Positions 10,005 through 20,124 are shown, numbered from the stretch's first letter. The stretch: DNA of 64,000 nucleotides from Acidimicrobiia bacterium (GCA_016215655.1 JACRIT010000004.1:13492-77491); one strand, 5' to 3'. The notes: generated from the letters alone by a model not told the origin. A program made the numbers and translations.

Positions 10005-10142
10005 GGGAAGACGCTACCGGCTTCCCGCTCCCAGCTGCCGGCTTCCGGCACGAGTCGTTGCCCGTTGCCCGTCGCCCGTCGCCTGTCGTCCGTCACCCGG
10101 AACCCAACGGGCATCTGGCATCTGCCGCGTACCTAGTCTCGC
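10005..10142. repeat. modular heptamer tandem-repeat element 'D' (same module order and orientation as C)
   Basis: Shares the leader ctaccggct.cccgct.ccagct.ccggc, then YGCCCGT units, CACCCGG and CATCTGG units; lies in a divergent promoter region. Confidence 0.65.
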
Positions 10143-10517
10143 GTGCCCACCTACGCTCGCGCCATGTACGAGACCCCGGCCGGTCCTGCTGCGGAGTTGC
10201 CACCCGGTGTGGTGCATGGTGCCGGGAGATTCGCCGTCGGCAACGACGACGGCGAACGTTTTGCCCTCACCCGGCGGTGCCGCCACCTGTTTGCCGATCT
10301 CGCTGCGGGGACGATCGATGACGGCTGCCTCACCTGCCCGTGGCATGGATCGCAATACGACATCGCCACCGGCAAGATGGTGCGCGGTCCGGGCGGAGCC
10401 TTCGGCGCCATCCCCGGGCTGGCGCAGTCGGTGAAGGCCGTGGCCAACGTCGTGCCCCTGGGACGCGGCGTGGTGGTCGAACGCGACGGCGAGCTCTTCG
10501 TGCATCGAGCCGAGTAG
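10143..10517 (+). CDS. Rieske [2Fe-2S] domain protein
   Basis: Rieske cluster-ligand boxes CRH...CPWHG; alternative ATG at 10164. Confidence 0.7.
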   Translation: MPTYARAMYETPAGPAAELPPGVVHGAGRFAVGNDDGERFALTRRCRHLFADLAAGTIDDGCLTCPWHGSQYDIATGKMVRGPGGAFGAIPGLAQSVKAVANVVPLGRGVVVERDGELFVHRAE

Positions 10518-10620
10518 CGCACCGATCCGCCGGACTCGAATCACGCCCCTGGTACCCTCAACCTCGCTCCCGACCCGCCGCACGAGGTTTGCGCGTGTTG
10601 CCACGGAGCGATCGAGGGTG

Positions 10621-11871
10621 ATGTCCGAGACCAGACCAACCGATGCCGCCGCCGACAGCTTCGCTGCTCTCGGAGTGTCTCCCGATCTCGTGGCGGCTCT
10701 CGCCGCCCAGGGGATCATCGAACCCTTCCCGGTCCAGATCATGACGATTCCCGATGGCCTCGCCGGACGCGACGTCTGCGGCAAGGCGCAGACCGGCTCG
10801 GGCAAGACGCTGGCGTTTGGCATCCCGCTGATCGAGCGGACCGCCCACGCCGGCCAGAAGCATCCGAATGCCCTCGTGGTGGTGCCCACCCGGGAGCTGT
10901 GCCTGCAGGTGTCCGAGGCGCTGCGGCCGCTCGGCAAGGCCCGGGGTCTCAAACTCGCCGCGGTGTACGGGGGGGCACCCATGGGCGCTCAGGTCGCGCA
11001 ACTCCGCGACGGCGTCGATCTGCTCGTCGCCACTCCGGGTCGACTCATCGATCTCATCGATCGCAAGGCCGTGGAGGTGACCCATGTCGCCTCGGTGGTA
11101 CTCGACGAGGCCGATCAGATGGCCGACATGGGCTTCCTGCCCCAGGTGCATCAGATCATGCGCCGCATCGGCGGCACGCCGCAGGTGATGCTCTTCAGTG
11201 CCACGCTCGACGGACAGGTGCAGGGTCTCATCAACCGCTATCTCCACGATCCGATCCGTCACGAGGTGGCCTCGGAGGGCGACATCGCCGATACCCAGAC
11301 CCATCGGTTCATCGCGGTGCACCACATGGACAAGGCAAAGGTGGCGGCGCGCATCATTCGCAGTGTGACCCGGACCCTGGTGTTCGTCTCCACCCGCCAT
11401 GGGGCGGATCGGGTCGCCGAGGACCTGCGCCGCGAGGGAGTCGATGCGCTGCCCATCCACGGCGAGCTGAAGCAGTCGGATCGAGAGCCGCGACTCGCCG
11501 ACTTCACCGACGGGCGGCTTCCTGCGCTCGTGGCGACGAACCTGGCCGCTCGGGGCCTCCACATCTCCGACGTCGACGTGGTGCTCCACTTCGAGCCGCC
11601 CCAGGACTACAAGTCGTTCGTGCATCGTTCCGGTCGCACTGCTCGCGCCGGTGAGACCGGGCTCGTCGTGACCCTGGTCGAGTGGGATCAGATCGAAGAC
11701 GTGCAGCGTATTCAGAAGGCGTCCGGTCTCACCTACGAGATCGTGAAGATGTTCTCCAACGATCCCCGTCTCGACGACCTGGTGGCGCATCAGCCCGACG
11801 TGGTCGAACTCAAGCGCACCAGCGATGTCGAGCTGTCTCGCCGGTTCCGCAGCGGACGGCGGCGCCGCTGA
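10621..11871 (+). CDS. DEAD-box ATP-dependent RNA helicase
   Basis: Q-motif, Walker A AQTGSGKT, DEAD and SAT motifs; the ORF track gives 10618 (GTG) to 11871. Confidence 0.85.
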   Translation: MSETRPTDAAADSFAALGVSPDLVAALAAQGIIEPFPVQIMTIPDGLAGRDVCGKAQTGSGKTLAFGIPLIERTAHAGQKHPNALVVVPTRELCLQVSEALRPLGKARGLKLAAVYGGAPMGAQVAQLRDGVDLLVATPGRLIDLIDRKAVEVTHVASVVLDEADQMADMGFLPQVHQIMRRIGGTPQVMLFSATLDGQVQGLINRYLHDPIRHEVASEGDIADTQTHRFIAVHHMDKAKVAARIIRSVTRTLVFVSTRHGADRVAEDLRREGVDALPIHGELKQSDREPRLADFTDGRLPALVATNLAARGLHISDVDVVLHFEPPQDYKSFVHRSGRTARAGETGLVVTLVEWDQIEDVQRIQKASGLTYEIVKMFSNDPRLDDLVAHQPDVVELKRTSDVELSRRFRSGRRRR

Positions 11872-11878
11872 GGAGCGC

Positions 11879-13069
11879 CTAGCGGCGCGTCCCCTCCAGG
11901 TCGCGCAGGGCGGCGGCAAGTCGCTCGTACTCCTCGATCCGGTTGTAGACCTGCGCCGAGATCCGCAACACCCGCTCGGGGGTGCGCGGCCAGAGCGGTA
12001 CCGGCACCTCGATCCCGTATCGCTCACGCAGTTCGCCGCCAAGCCGATCTCCGCCGGCGGCGTCGCCCTCCGGCCCCCGTCCCGGGCGAAGGGGGATGGA
12101 CGCCATGGACCCGATCATCCCCTCCGGCGGCAGCACCTCCGCGCCGCCTACCGCAGCGGCGATGATCGCCCTCCCGGCGAGGACGAGGTCCCGGTTGTGG
12201 CGGCGGACTCCGTCCCAGCCGCCGGGGAGGAGCGAGGCCATCGTCTCGAGAGCCCGCGGCACCGCCAGGTACGGCGTCGGATCGTCGGTGCCCGTCCAGT
12301 CGAAGAGCAGGTGAAAGCGGGAACGGTCGGTTCGGGTGGAGTTGAATCCGTGGCTGATGACCACGGGCATGACCGCATCCCGCAGTGGTGGCGCCACGAC
12401 GAGGAAGCCCGATCCCTTGGGGGCGCACATCCACTTGTGGCAGTTGCCCGTGTAGTACGACGCCCCGATCGCGGATATGTCGACCGGGACCATCCCCGGG
12501 GCGTGAGCGCCGTCGACGAGGACGGCGATGCCTCGCGCCTCGAGGGGGGCGACGATGCGCTCCACGGGGAGCACGAGCGCGGTGGGACTGGTGACATGGT
12601 CGACGAGGACGAGCCTGGTCCGATCTGACACCTGGGCCATGATCGCCGCCACCACGGCATCGGGGTCGACGACGGGGAAGGGGAGCGAAGCGATCCGCAG
12701 CGCGGCCCCGCTCCGAGAGGCGGCACGGTCGATGGTGTTGCGACAGGCGTTGTACCCGTGGTCGGTGATCACGATCTCGTCACCACGCTGGAGTCGCAGC
12801 GAGCCGACCACCGCGTTGACGCCGGTGGTGGCGTTGGGGACGAAGGCGAGACCTTCGGGGTCGGCGCCGATGAACCCGGCGAGGGCATGGCGCGCCTCGT
12901 CGAGCATGCCGTCGAGGCGCCGGGCGAGGAACTCGACCGGATTGTGCTCCATCCGACGGCGGAGGGCCGCCTGGTGGTCGAGGACGGGTCGCGGGCACGC
13001 CCCAAAAGACCCGTGGTTGAGGTGGACCACCTCCGGATCGAGATCCCAGAGGCGGCGGAGATCGGACAT
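11879..13069 (-). CDS. aminotransferase class V-fold PLP-dependent enzyme (isopenicillin-N epimerase / cysteine desulfurase-like)
   Basis: PLP-lysine context CHKW; fold type I; internal ATG (MSDLRRLW...) chosen because the N-terminal extension lacks homology and looks like GC-rich read-through. Confidence 0.7.
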   Translation of the reverse strand: MSDLRRLWDLDPEVVHLNHGSFGACPRPVLDHQAALRRRMEHNPVEFLARRLDGMLDEARHALAGFIGADPEGLAFVPNATTGVNAVVGSLRLQRGDEIVITDHGYNACRNTIDRAASRSGAALRIASLPFPVVDPDAVVAAIMAQVSDRTRLVLVDHVTSPTALVLPVERIVAPLEARGIAVLVDGAHAPGMVPVDISAIGASYYTGNCHKWMCAPKGSGFLVVAPPLRDAVMPVVISHGFNSTRTDRSRFHLLFDWTGTDDPTPYLAVPRALETMASLLPGGWDGVRRHNRDLVLAGRAIIAAAVGGAEVLPPEGMIGSMASIPLRPGRGPEGDAAGGDRLGGELRERYGIEVPVPLWPRTPERVLRISAQVYNRIEEYERLAAALRDLEGTRR

Positions 13070-13071
13070 GA

Positions 13072-14811
13072 CTACTGGATCGAGATGAACACCGGGATCG
13101 GCACGAGCTGCAACACCTCGGCGGCGCTGATCGGTCCGGGGATGTCCTCGTCGAGGAAGTGCTTCCACCCGTACTCGAACTGGTCGGTCGACCAGTCGGT
13201 GGTCAGATCGGAGTCCCAGCCCGTGATCGTCGACTGCCAGGTCCCCATCTTGTCGGCGATCTCCCCATGACCGTCCATCTGGATGACCAGGCTGACTTCC
13301 GGGGTCGCCTCGATCAGTTCCCGGTTGGGAATCATGTCGAACCAGAACTGGTGGAGGAGCAGCATCTTCTGCGGTAGGGCGTTGTTGCGGGTGAGCTCGG
13401 CGAGCCACTCCACCACCGCGTTGACCTCAGCGGGCTCGACCGCTCCCCAGTAGCCGCCGTGGGTCTCATCGGGGCCGAGGCGCCACTCCGGGTCAAGGGC
13501 GAGGCCGACATGGGGCTGGCGCAGCAGCTCCTCGTAGAGCATCGCCTGGGAGAGGAACGTTTCCCTCCCCGGCTGGAGGTCGAGCAACACGTACATGCCG
13601 TTGGCGGCAGCGAAGTCCACCCACGGGGTGAGCACATCGAGTCCCATCTCGTTCGAGTAGTCGCCATCATTGCCCGGGTTGGCGGCAGCCACCGTGGCGA
13701 TGAGTTCCCAGCCGGGGATCACCTGGGTGCCGTCGGCGTCGTATCCCACCGACATCGCCTCGAGACGGGCCAGCCCGCCGGCAGGATCCTGCTCCCCGAG
13801 CACTCCGAGCGATGTGGTGAGGGGATTGCCGTAGAGCGCGATGATGCGTCGTCCGGGGAACAGGAGGAATCCGCCGCCGGGGAGCTGGTCGCCGCGCAGC
13901 AGCACCATCGCCTGCCATCCGGCATCTTCGGTCCCACCGACGATCTGGATCATGCGAACGCCATCGGCGAAGGGGGCGAGATCCCGGCTCAGGGCGACCT
14001 CGTTGCGGAGGTCCGTGCCATCGACCAGACCCATGAAGCCCCCCGACGTGATCGCCCCGACGGCGGCGACCAATGCCGCCTCTGGCTCATCGAGGTCGAT
14101 GAGCCAGACCATGCCCGATTCGCCGCTGCCGGCGGTGATGTCGTTGCCGCTCACCGGTGACACCGGAACCACCGAACCGTCGGTGGCCGGGGGAGTGAGG
14201 GACCGGCCCGTGACCATCGCTTCGATGGCGATCGCCACGGTGTCGGTGCCACCACCCGCAGGAAGGAGGAGATCCTCGTCGGCTTCGATCATGGTGGCGA
14301 TCTCGGCGGCGATCTCCTGGTCGGTGCCACCGATCCGTTCGACCGTCGTCCACTCCGGAGCCGACGCTTCGGCGGACTCTCCCACGAGCCACAGGCGTTG
14401 TGGGGCGAGACGGTCGAGCTCGTAGGTGAGCTGGTTTGCGGTCTCGGCATCGCCGACGAGCAGCGGAGCCTGGAGGTTCACCGCGAGCACTGCGGCGAGA
14501 GCGATGCGATTGACGTCGGTGGCATCGACGACGACCACGTCGACGGCGCAGTCGAACATCGTCTGGGAAGCTGCCACCGCGGCGACGTGAGGGCTGTCGG
14601 CAGGAAGCCGTTCGATGGTCGGTGTCCCCGCGGTCCCCTGAGGGGCGAGCACGGTCGTGGCGGCGCACGGCCGGGGATCGATCGTCGTGGTCGTCGCATC
14701 GGCGCTCACCGTCGAAGGTGGTCCGGTGGGGAGGGTCTCGGGAACGGTGCCCCCGGAGGAGCACGACGAGGCGGCCAGGGCGAGGGCGAGGAGGGGTATG
14801 AAACGGCGCAC
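13072..14811 (-). CDS. secreted lipoprotein with cell-wall-binding-like repeats and a C-terminal glycoside-hydrolase-like domain
   Basis: Signal peptide plus lipobox LAASSC and a Thr/Pro-rich linker; the C-terminal domain resembles uncharacterised GH-like TIM-barrel families; function unassigned. Confidence 0.4.
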   Translation of the reverse strand: MRRFIPLLALALAASSCSSGGTVPETLPTGPPSTVSADATTTTIDPRPCAATTVLAPQGTAGTPTIERLPADSPHVAAVAASQTMFDCAVDVVVVDATDVNRIALAAVLAVNLQAPLLVGDAETANQLTYELDRLAPQRLWLVGESAEASAPEWTTVERIGGTDQEIAAEIATMIEADEDLLLPAGGGTDTVAIAIEAMVTGRSLTPPATDGSVVPVSPVSGNDITAGSGESGMVWLIDLDEPEAALVAAVGAITSGGFMGLVDGTDLRNEVALSRDLAPFADGVRMIQIVGGTEDAGWQAMVLLRGDQLPGGGFLLFPGRRIIALYGNPLTTSLGVLGEQDPAGGLARLEAMSVGYDADGTQVIPGWELIATVAAANPGNDGDYSNEMGLDVLTPWVDFAAANGMYVLLDLQPGRETFLSQAMLYEELLRQPHVGLALDPEWRLGPDETHGGYWGAVEPAEVNAVVEWLAELTRNNALPQKMLLLHQFWFDMIPNRELIEATPEVSLVIQMDGHGEIADKMGTWQSTITGWDSDLTTDWSTDQFEYGWKHFLDEDIPGPISAAEVLQLVPIPVFISIQ

Positions 14812-14841
14812 GGGTGCTCGGAGGCTAACCGCCCGCGGGGT

Positions 14842-15618
14842 CTACTCCGGCGGAATGACCATTGCCGGGCCGGTACCCGGTGGCGGGGGGATGTAGGGAC
14901 GGGTGTCCCACACATGGATGGGCATGCCGATGAAGAGATGGGGCTCGAGCCAGTCGGCGTCGGCGATCGTGACGCGCACACAACCGTGAGAGGCCGGGTA
15001 GGTGGGAACACTGCGATAGCCGTGGACCCCGTAGAAGCGAGAGAATCCCCAGTACTTGTAGACGCACCATCCCGTCACCGAGTCGCAGCCCCACCCGTAC
15101 TGATGGTTCTGCAGGACGAAGTCGCCGCGTGGAGTCCGCGACGTGGCCCATGATCCGTTGCGGACGCTCCAGTACACATTGCCCGAGCCGGTCGACACGG
15201 GGAGGATCTGGGTGACCCTTCCACCGCGCACGAGAAACAGCAACTGCCGGGCGATGTCGATCTCGATGTAGTCCTTCTCGTTCCAACGATTCGGGATGCC
15301 GGGGGGCGGGAGCTGCGCCAGCCGCACCCAATCGAGGGAGTCGAACGTCGCCGTACGATCGATGCCGAGGTACTTGTGGAGGGCGATGACTGCCGTCTCG
15401 GTCCCGCGCCCGAAGACGCCGTCGATCTCGAAGTGGTAGAACCCGGCGTCGGCGAGGGCCTGCTGCATCCTGGCGACATCGGGGCCAGAGTCACCGGGCT
15501 CGAGACGCACCAGGGTCGAGTCGAGCGACGGAGGGAGCGGCGACTCCTCTGCCGCCGCGGGAGCGGCGTTCAGCGCCGTGGCAAGGAGCACGGCAGTGGC
15601 GGCGAGTCGGCGAATCAT
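14842..15618 (-). CDS. L,D-transpeptidase with peptidoglycan-binding domain
   Basis: PG_binding_1-type domain plus YkuD catalytic motif SHGCVRV; start taken at MIRRLAAT (signal peptide). Confidence 0.8.
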   Translation of the reverse strand: MIRRLAATAVLLATALNAAPAAAEESPLPPSLDSTLVRLEPGDSGPDVARMQQALADAGFYHFEIDGVFGRGTETAVIALHKYLGIDRTATFDSLDWVRLAQLPPPGIPNRWNEKDYIEIDIARQLLFLVRGGRVTQILPVSTGSGNVYWSVRNGSWATSRTPRGDFVLQNHQYGWGCDSVTGWCVYKYWGFSRFYGVHGYRSVPTYPASHGCVRVTIADADWLEPHLFIGMPIHVWDTRPYIPPPPGTGPAMVIPPE

Positions 15619-15748
15619 CGGTTTCCCCCTACAGGGCACCACACAGCATACGGGACGGCAAGGATCTGTTTCGCGCTTTTCGGATCATCGCGGCCCGATC
15701 TGAAGCCTTTCGGCCGGAAGCCGCGCACTGTGGTGCGTCGGCTCCGCC

Positions 15749-16501
15749 CTATCCAGCGAGCGTCCCGGCGAACACCTGCCAGGCGAGCAGGGACTTGGCG
15801 ACCAGGCTGAGGGTCATGTACCCCTTCTCGCCGTAGGCGTAGTCCGCCCACTTCCCGACGCGGCGGTACTGCAGCCACATGTTCACCGCGAAGGCGTTGA
15901 AGAACACGAAGAGCGACCCGTAGATGGCGTAGACGAAGCCGGGCGGCTCGGCGGCGGAGCCGGGGGACAGGAGGTAGATGCCGATGACGATCCAGGGGGC
16001 GGCGCCGATGGCGGAACCGAGCCAGAACGGCAGCAGGCTCCCGCCGGGGCGCTCGTACCGCTCCTGGACCAGACCGAAGAGGATCATGGCGGCATTGGCG
16101 GCGAAGATGGCTCCGAGGGCGGCGACATCGGAGATCCCCGTGAGCATGGCGATGAGCACGATCATCACCGAGGCGCTCAGGGAGTACTCGATCCAGCGGG
16201 CGTAGTTGCGTCCCGCGATCAGATTGGCCGTGTACCAGCGGAACACGCGCGGGGCGACGATGGTGAAGTGGGCGATCGCCGAGAGGAACAGGAAGACGGC
16301 GACCCCGACGGCGAAGGAGACCTCGAAGAGCACCCGGGCATCGCCCAGTCCGCTCCCGGGGGGTCCCTCCATGAAGCTCCCCGTCACGGGAAGGGCGAAG
16401 CCGTTGCCGAGGGCAAGTACCGCCACGCCCTGGCCGGCGTGGAGGATTCCGAGCAGAAGGTTGGTGCGGCGCAGCCGCGCCGGAACGAATGCGGTGGTCA
16501 T
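15749..16501 (-). CDS. heliorhodopsin
   Basis: 7-TM protein closely matching heliorhodopsin 48C12 as recalled from memory: helix-3 region FRWVEYSLSSSVMIVLIAQ versus ARWIEYSLSASVMIVLIAM, and helix-7 Schiff-base lysine context SLVAKSALAWQIFSGTL versus SLVAKSLLAWQVFAGTL. Confidence 0.85.
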   Translation of the reverse strand: MTTAFVPARLRRTNLLLGILHAGQGVAVLALGNGFALPVTGSFMEGPPGSGLGDARVLFEVSFAVGVAVFLFLSAIAHFTIVAPRVFRWYTANLIAGRNYARWIEYSLSASVMIVLIAMLTGISDVAALGAIFAANAAMILFGLVQERYERPGGSLLPFWLGSAIGAAPWIVIGIYLLSPGSAAEPPGFVYAIYGSLFVFFNAFAVNMWLQYRRVGKWADYAYGEKGYMTLSLVAKSLLAWQVFAGTLAG

Positions 16502-16548
16502 GACCTCGGAATGTAGAGAGCGGCGGTTTCCACTCAAATCAGAGCGGC

Positions 16549-17439
16549 CTACAAGAGGCGGTCGGCCAGCGCCCTGAGGTCGGCGAGGGGGAAGGGTTCG
16601 GCCGACAGGACCTGGATGGCGACGTGATCGGCTCCCGCCTCCAGGTGGTCACGGATCCTGGCGGCGACGGTGTCGGCGTCGCCCCAGGCGACGATGGCGT
16701 CGACGAGGGCGTCGGTGCCACCCTGATCGAGGTCTGCCTCGGTCCAACCGAGTCGAAGCAGATTGCGGCGGTAGTTGTCGAGGCGCAGGTAGCCCTGCAT
16801 ATGGGAGCGGGCCAGGGTCCGGGCGCGCGCTGCATCGGGCTCGATCACCACGGCTTGTTCCGGTGCCAGCCACGGTTCCGGTCCGAGCACCCGGCGGGCG
16901 AAACGGGTGTGTTCGATCGGGGAGAAGTAGGGGTGGGCGCCCGACGTGCGGGTGCCGGCGAGCCGCAGCATCTTGGGCCCGAGGGCGGCCAGGATCACCG
17001 GAACCTCGGGCAACGCCCCGGGTCCGACGAAGGAGGCAGCCTGGATCCCGTCGAGGTAGGCCTCCATGCGGGCGACGGGATGGGCGTAGGAGCCGCCCCG
17101 GCGCGAAACGGATGGTGCGTGGCTCACTCCGAGACCGAGCACGAACCGTCCCGGCCATGCCTCTCCCAGCGCCGTGGCTCCGGAGGCGGCAGCGTTGGCG
17201 TCGCGGGCCCACATGCTGGCGATGCCGGTGACGGCCGCCAGCCGTGGTGTCGCCGACAGGATGAGGGCCGACGTGACCATGGCCTCGCGGCCGCGACTCT
17301 CCGGATACCACACCGCCCGATACCCCATGTCCTCGATGGCGGCGGCGGCCCGGCGAACCTCGGCGGCCGGCTGATCCACCATGGACCAGGACCACACCCC
17401 TACCGATCCGAGGTCGGGCAGGGGAGCGTCGAGGCGCAT
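16549..17439 (-). CDS. LLM-class F420-dependent oxidoreductase (luciferase-like monooxygenase family)
   Basis: TIM-barrel LLM motifs; probable F420-dependent subgroup. Confidence 0.7.
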   Translation of the reverse strand: MRLDAPLPDLGSVGVWSWSMVDQPAAEVRRAAAAIEDMGYRAVWYPESRGREAMVTSALILSATPRLAAVTGIASMWARDANAAASGATALGEAWPGRFVLGLGVSHAPSVSRRGGSYAHPVARMEAYLDGIQAASFVGPGALPEVPVILAALGPKMLRLAGTRTSGAHPYFSPIEHTRFARRVLGPEPWLAPEQAVVIEPDAARARTLARSHMQGYLRLDNYRRNLLRLGWTEADLDQGGTDALVDAIVAWGDADTVAARIRDHLEAGADHVAIQVLSAEPFPLADLRALADRLL

Positions 17440-18773
17440 CAGCGGGCCAGTTCGTGGAGGGCGATCGCCTCGGAGAGCACGAATCGCCGCAGTTCATCGA
17501 GGTGGATGCTCTCGTTGGGGCCATGAGCCCGGCACTCGGGGTCGGCGGCGCCGGTCAGGACGATGGCGGCATTCGGATACGCCGCGGAGAACGCCGCCAC
17601 GAAGGGGATCGAGCCTCCCACGCCGATGTCCACCGGGGGCCGTTCCCAGGCCTCCTCGAAACCCCGCCGAAAGGCCTCCACCCGCGGGTCCTTGCCGCCG
17701 AGGCGGAAGGGCTCACCCGACTCGTGCGGGGTCACGGTGACCGTGGCTCCCCACGCCGGCTGGCTCTCGAGATGGGCGACGAGTGACGCCATCGCCCGGG
17801 CCGGCGAATCGCCCGGGGCGAGACGGACACTCACCTTGGCGCGTGCTCGTGGAATGAGCTGGTTGATCGCCTCGGCGACCGGCGGGGCGTCGATGGCGAG
17901 CACGGCCGCGGCGGGACGCGTCCACAGCCGCGAGGTGAGGCTTCCCTTTCCGATGAGCTCGACACCGGGTAGCACTCCGGCCTGGGAGCGGAGTTCGGCC
18001 TCGGTGAGGTCGAGCGGTTCGGTCTCCTCCGATACCAGCCCGGGAATCGCCACATTGCCTGCGGCGTCGTGAAGCGACGCCAGGACCCGGGTGAGAGTCG
18101 TGAGGGCATCGGGGATGGCACCGCCGAATTGTCCCGAGTGCACTCCGGATTCGAGCACCCGCACCTCGACGAACAACGAGATCAGTCCGCGCAGCGAGAT
18201 GGTGAGTGCCGGGGTTCCCACACGCCAGTTGCCCGAGTCGGCGATGACGATGACGTCGGAGGCGAGGAGGGCGCCGTGGGTGGTGATGAACTCCGCGAGG
18301 TGGGATGACCCCACCTCCTCTTCGCCCTCCACGAACACCTTGATGCTCACCGGGGGATTGGGCCCGAGCAGCCTTGCCACCGCCGCATGGGTGACGACGC
18401 CGCACTTGTCGTCGGAAGACCCGCGCCCCTGGAGTCTGCCGTTGCGCTCGATCGGTTCGAACGGGGGTGTCGTCCATTCCGAGTTTGGGCCGGGAGGCTG
18501 CACATCGTGGTGGGCATAGAGGAGCACCGTGGGAGCGCCCGGAGGCCCGGCGATCTCGCCGTAGACGGCGGGGTGGGCACCGGGCAGTTCGAGGATCTGG
18601 ATCCCCGTGAACCCGGATCGGGCGAGGAGATCGGCGGTGGCCTCCGCCGATCGCCGCACCTGCGCGGAGTCGTAGCCGGCGGCACTCACGGATGGGATGC
18701 GGATGAGGGCTTCGAGCTCGGTACGAATCCAGGGGAAGAGGTCGTCGACGGCGGCGGCGAGTCCGGTGTGCAC
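17439..18773 (-). CDS. M20 family dipeptidase
   Basis: M20 metal-binding motifs (HHDVQP, GSSDDK, EGEEE); GTG start chosen at 18773 to avoid a divergent overlap; the track ORF extends to 19019. Confidence 0.65.
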   Translation of the reverse strand: MHTGLAAAVDDLFPWIRTELEALIRIPSVSAAGYDSAQVRRSAEATADLLARSGFTGIQILELPGAHPAVYGEIAGPPGAPTVLLYAHHDVQPPGPNSEWTTPPFEPIERNGRLQGRGSSDDKCGVVTHAAVARLLGPNPPVSIKVFVEGEEEVGSSHLAEFITTHGALLASDVIVIADSGNWRVGTPALTISLRGLISLFVEVRVLESGVHSGQFGGAIPDALTTLTRVLASLHDAAGNVAIPGLVSEETEPLDLTEAELRSQAGVLPGVELIGKGSLTSRLWTRPAAAVLAIDAPPVAEAINQLIPRARAKVSVRLAPGDSPARAMASLVAHLESQPAWGATVTVTPHESGEPFRLGGKDPRVEAFRRGFEEAWERPPVDIGVGGSIPFVAAFSAAYPNAAIVLTGAADPECRAHGPNESIHLDELRRFVLSEAIALHELAR

Positions 18774-18864
18774 AGCGGGGAGGCTAGCGATGGCCCCGGC
18801 CCGCCCTGTCAATCGGCGACCGGGAGAGAATCCCGTACGATTCGGCTTTCGATGAGGAGGCACG

Positions 18865-20124
18865 GTGAGTCGGGACCGGGCGGACGTCGTCATCGTCGGG
18901 GGCGGGATCATGGGGTTGTCGATCGCCCACCAGATCGCCCGGCGCGACGCGCGGCGGATCGTGCTGCTGGAGAAGGCACTCAACGTCGGTGAAGGGAGCA
19001 CCGGCGCCTCGTGCGCCATCCTTCGTCAGCGCTACACCCACCCCGAGGCGATCACGATGGCGCGCGACGGATTGCGCGCCCACCGCAACTGGGCGAAGTA
19101 CACCGGCATCGCCCAGCCGCGCGCCCGCTTCCACCACACCGGGGTGCTGTGGATGATGGGTGAGACCCCTGCCGCCATCGAGAGGAGCCGGGCCACGATG
19201 GCGGGTCTCGGCATCGGGGTGGAGGTCCTCGATGCCGCCGAGATGCGGCGGCGCTTCCCGGCGTTGAGCGCCTGCAATCGCCCGTTCGATCTCACCGGCG
19301 CCACAGAGCACGAGTGCGCCGATCATCCGTCGTTTCTCTTCGAGACGGAGAGCGGCTTCTTCGACCCGGTGTCCGCCGCCCAGGATCTGCTCGAGGCAGT
19401 GCGCGCCGAAGGAGTCGAGGTTCGGCTGCGGACCAAGGTGACCGGGATCCGCACTGCTGGGGGGCGGATCGCGGGTGTGGACCTCGCCGACGGGACCGGC
19501 ATCGACACCCCGGTGGTGGTCAACACGGCCGGGCCGTGGGCGCCGCAAGTGGCTCGGATGGCCGGCTTCGACTACAAGACCCATGGGTGGACGATTCGCC
19601 CCATTCGAGCGCAGGTGATCTACCGGGAGTGGCCCCGCGACGCCGTACCCGGTCCGCTGCCGGTGGTGGCGGACTCATCGGGTGGGATCTACTTCCGTCC
19701 CGAGGCAGGCGGGCAGCAGATCCTGATGGGATCGATTCGCGAAGAAGACGAGCAGGAGGTGGTGGCCGACCCCGATGTGTTCAACGGCAACATCGATGCC
19801 GCCTTTCGCGATGTGAAGATCCATGCCCTCCATCACCGCATTCCCGCTTTGCCCTACCGGGGGCAGGTCACCGGCGTGGCGGGGATGTATGACATGAACA
19901 TCGAAGACGTCCACGCCGTGATCGGCCCGACCTCCCTTGAGGGCTTCATCGTCGCCAACGGTTTCAGCGGCCACGGGTTCAAGGAGTCGCCGGCGGTGGG
20001 ATCGATGGTGGCTCGTCACCTCACCGGAGCCGCCCCCGACGAGTGGGACACCGAGGCCCCCATGGAGTTCTTCTCCATCGAGCGCTCGCCGATCGTGCTG
20101 CACGAAAAGGCCGTGCTGGCGTAG
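18865..20124 (+). CDS. FAD-dependent oxidoreductase (DAO / glycine-sarcosine oxidase-like)
   Basis: GTG start 5 nt after GAGGAGG; N-terminal VVIVGGGIMGLSIA FAD-binding fold. Confidence 0.8.
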   Translation: MSRDRADVVIVGGGIMGLSIAHQIARRDARRIVLLEKALNVGEGSTGASCAILRQRYTHPEAITMARDGLRAHRNWAKYTGIAQPRARFHHTGVLWMMGETPAAIERSRATMAGLGIGVEVLDAAEMRRRFPALSACNRPFDLTGATEHECADHPSFLFETESGFFDPVSAAQDLLEAVRAEGVEVRLRTKVTGIRTAGGRIAGVDLADGTGIDTPVVVNTAGPWAPQVARMAGFDYKTHGWTIRPIRAQVIYREWPRDAVPGPLPVVADSSGGIYFRPEAGGQQILMGSIREEDEQEVVADPDVFNGNIDAAFRDVKIHALHHRIPALPYRGQVTGVAGMYDMNIEDVHAVIGPTSLEGFIVANGFSGHGFKESPAVGSMVARHLTGAAPDEWDTEAPMEFFSIERSPIVLHEKAVLA

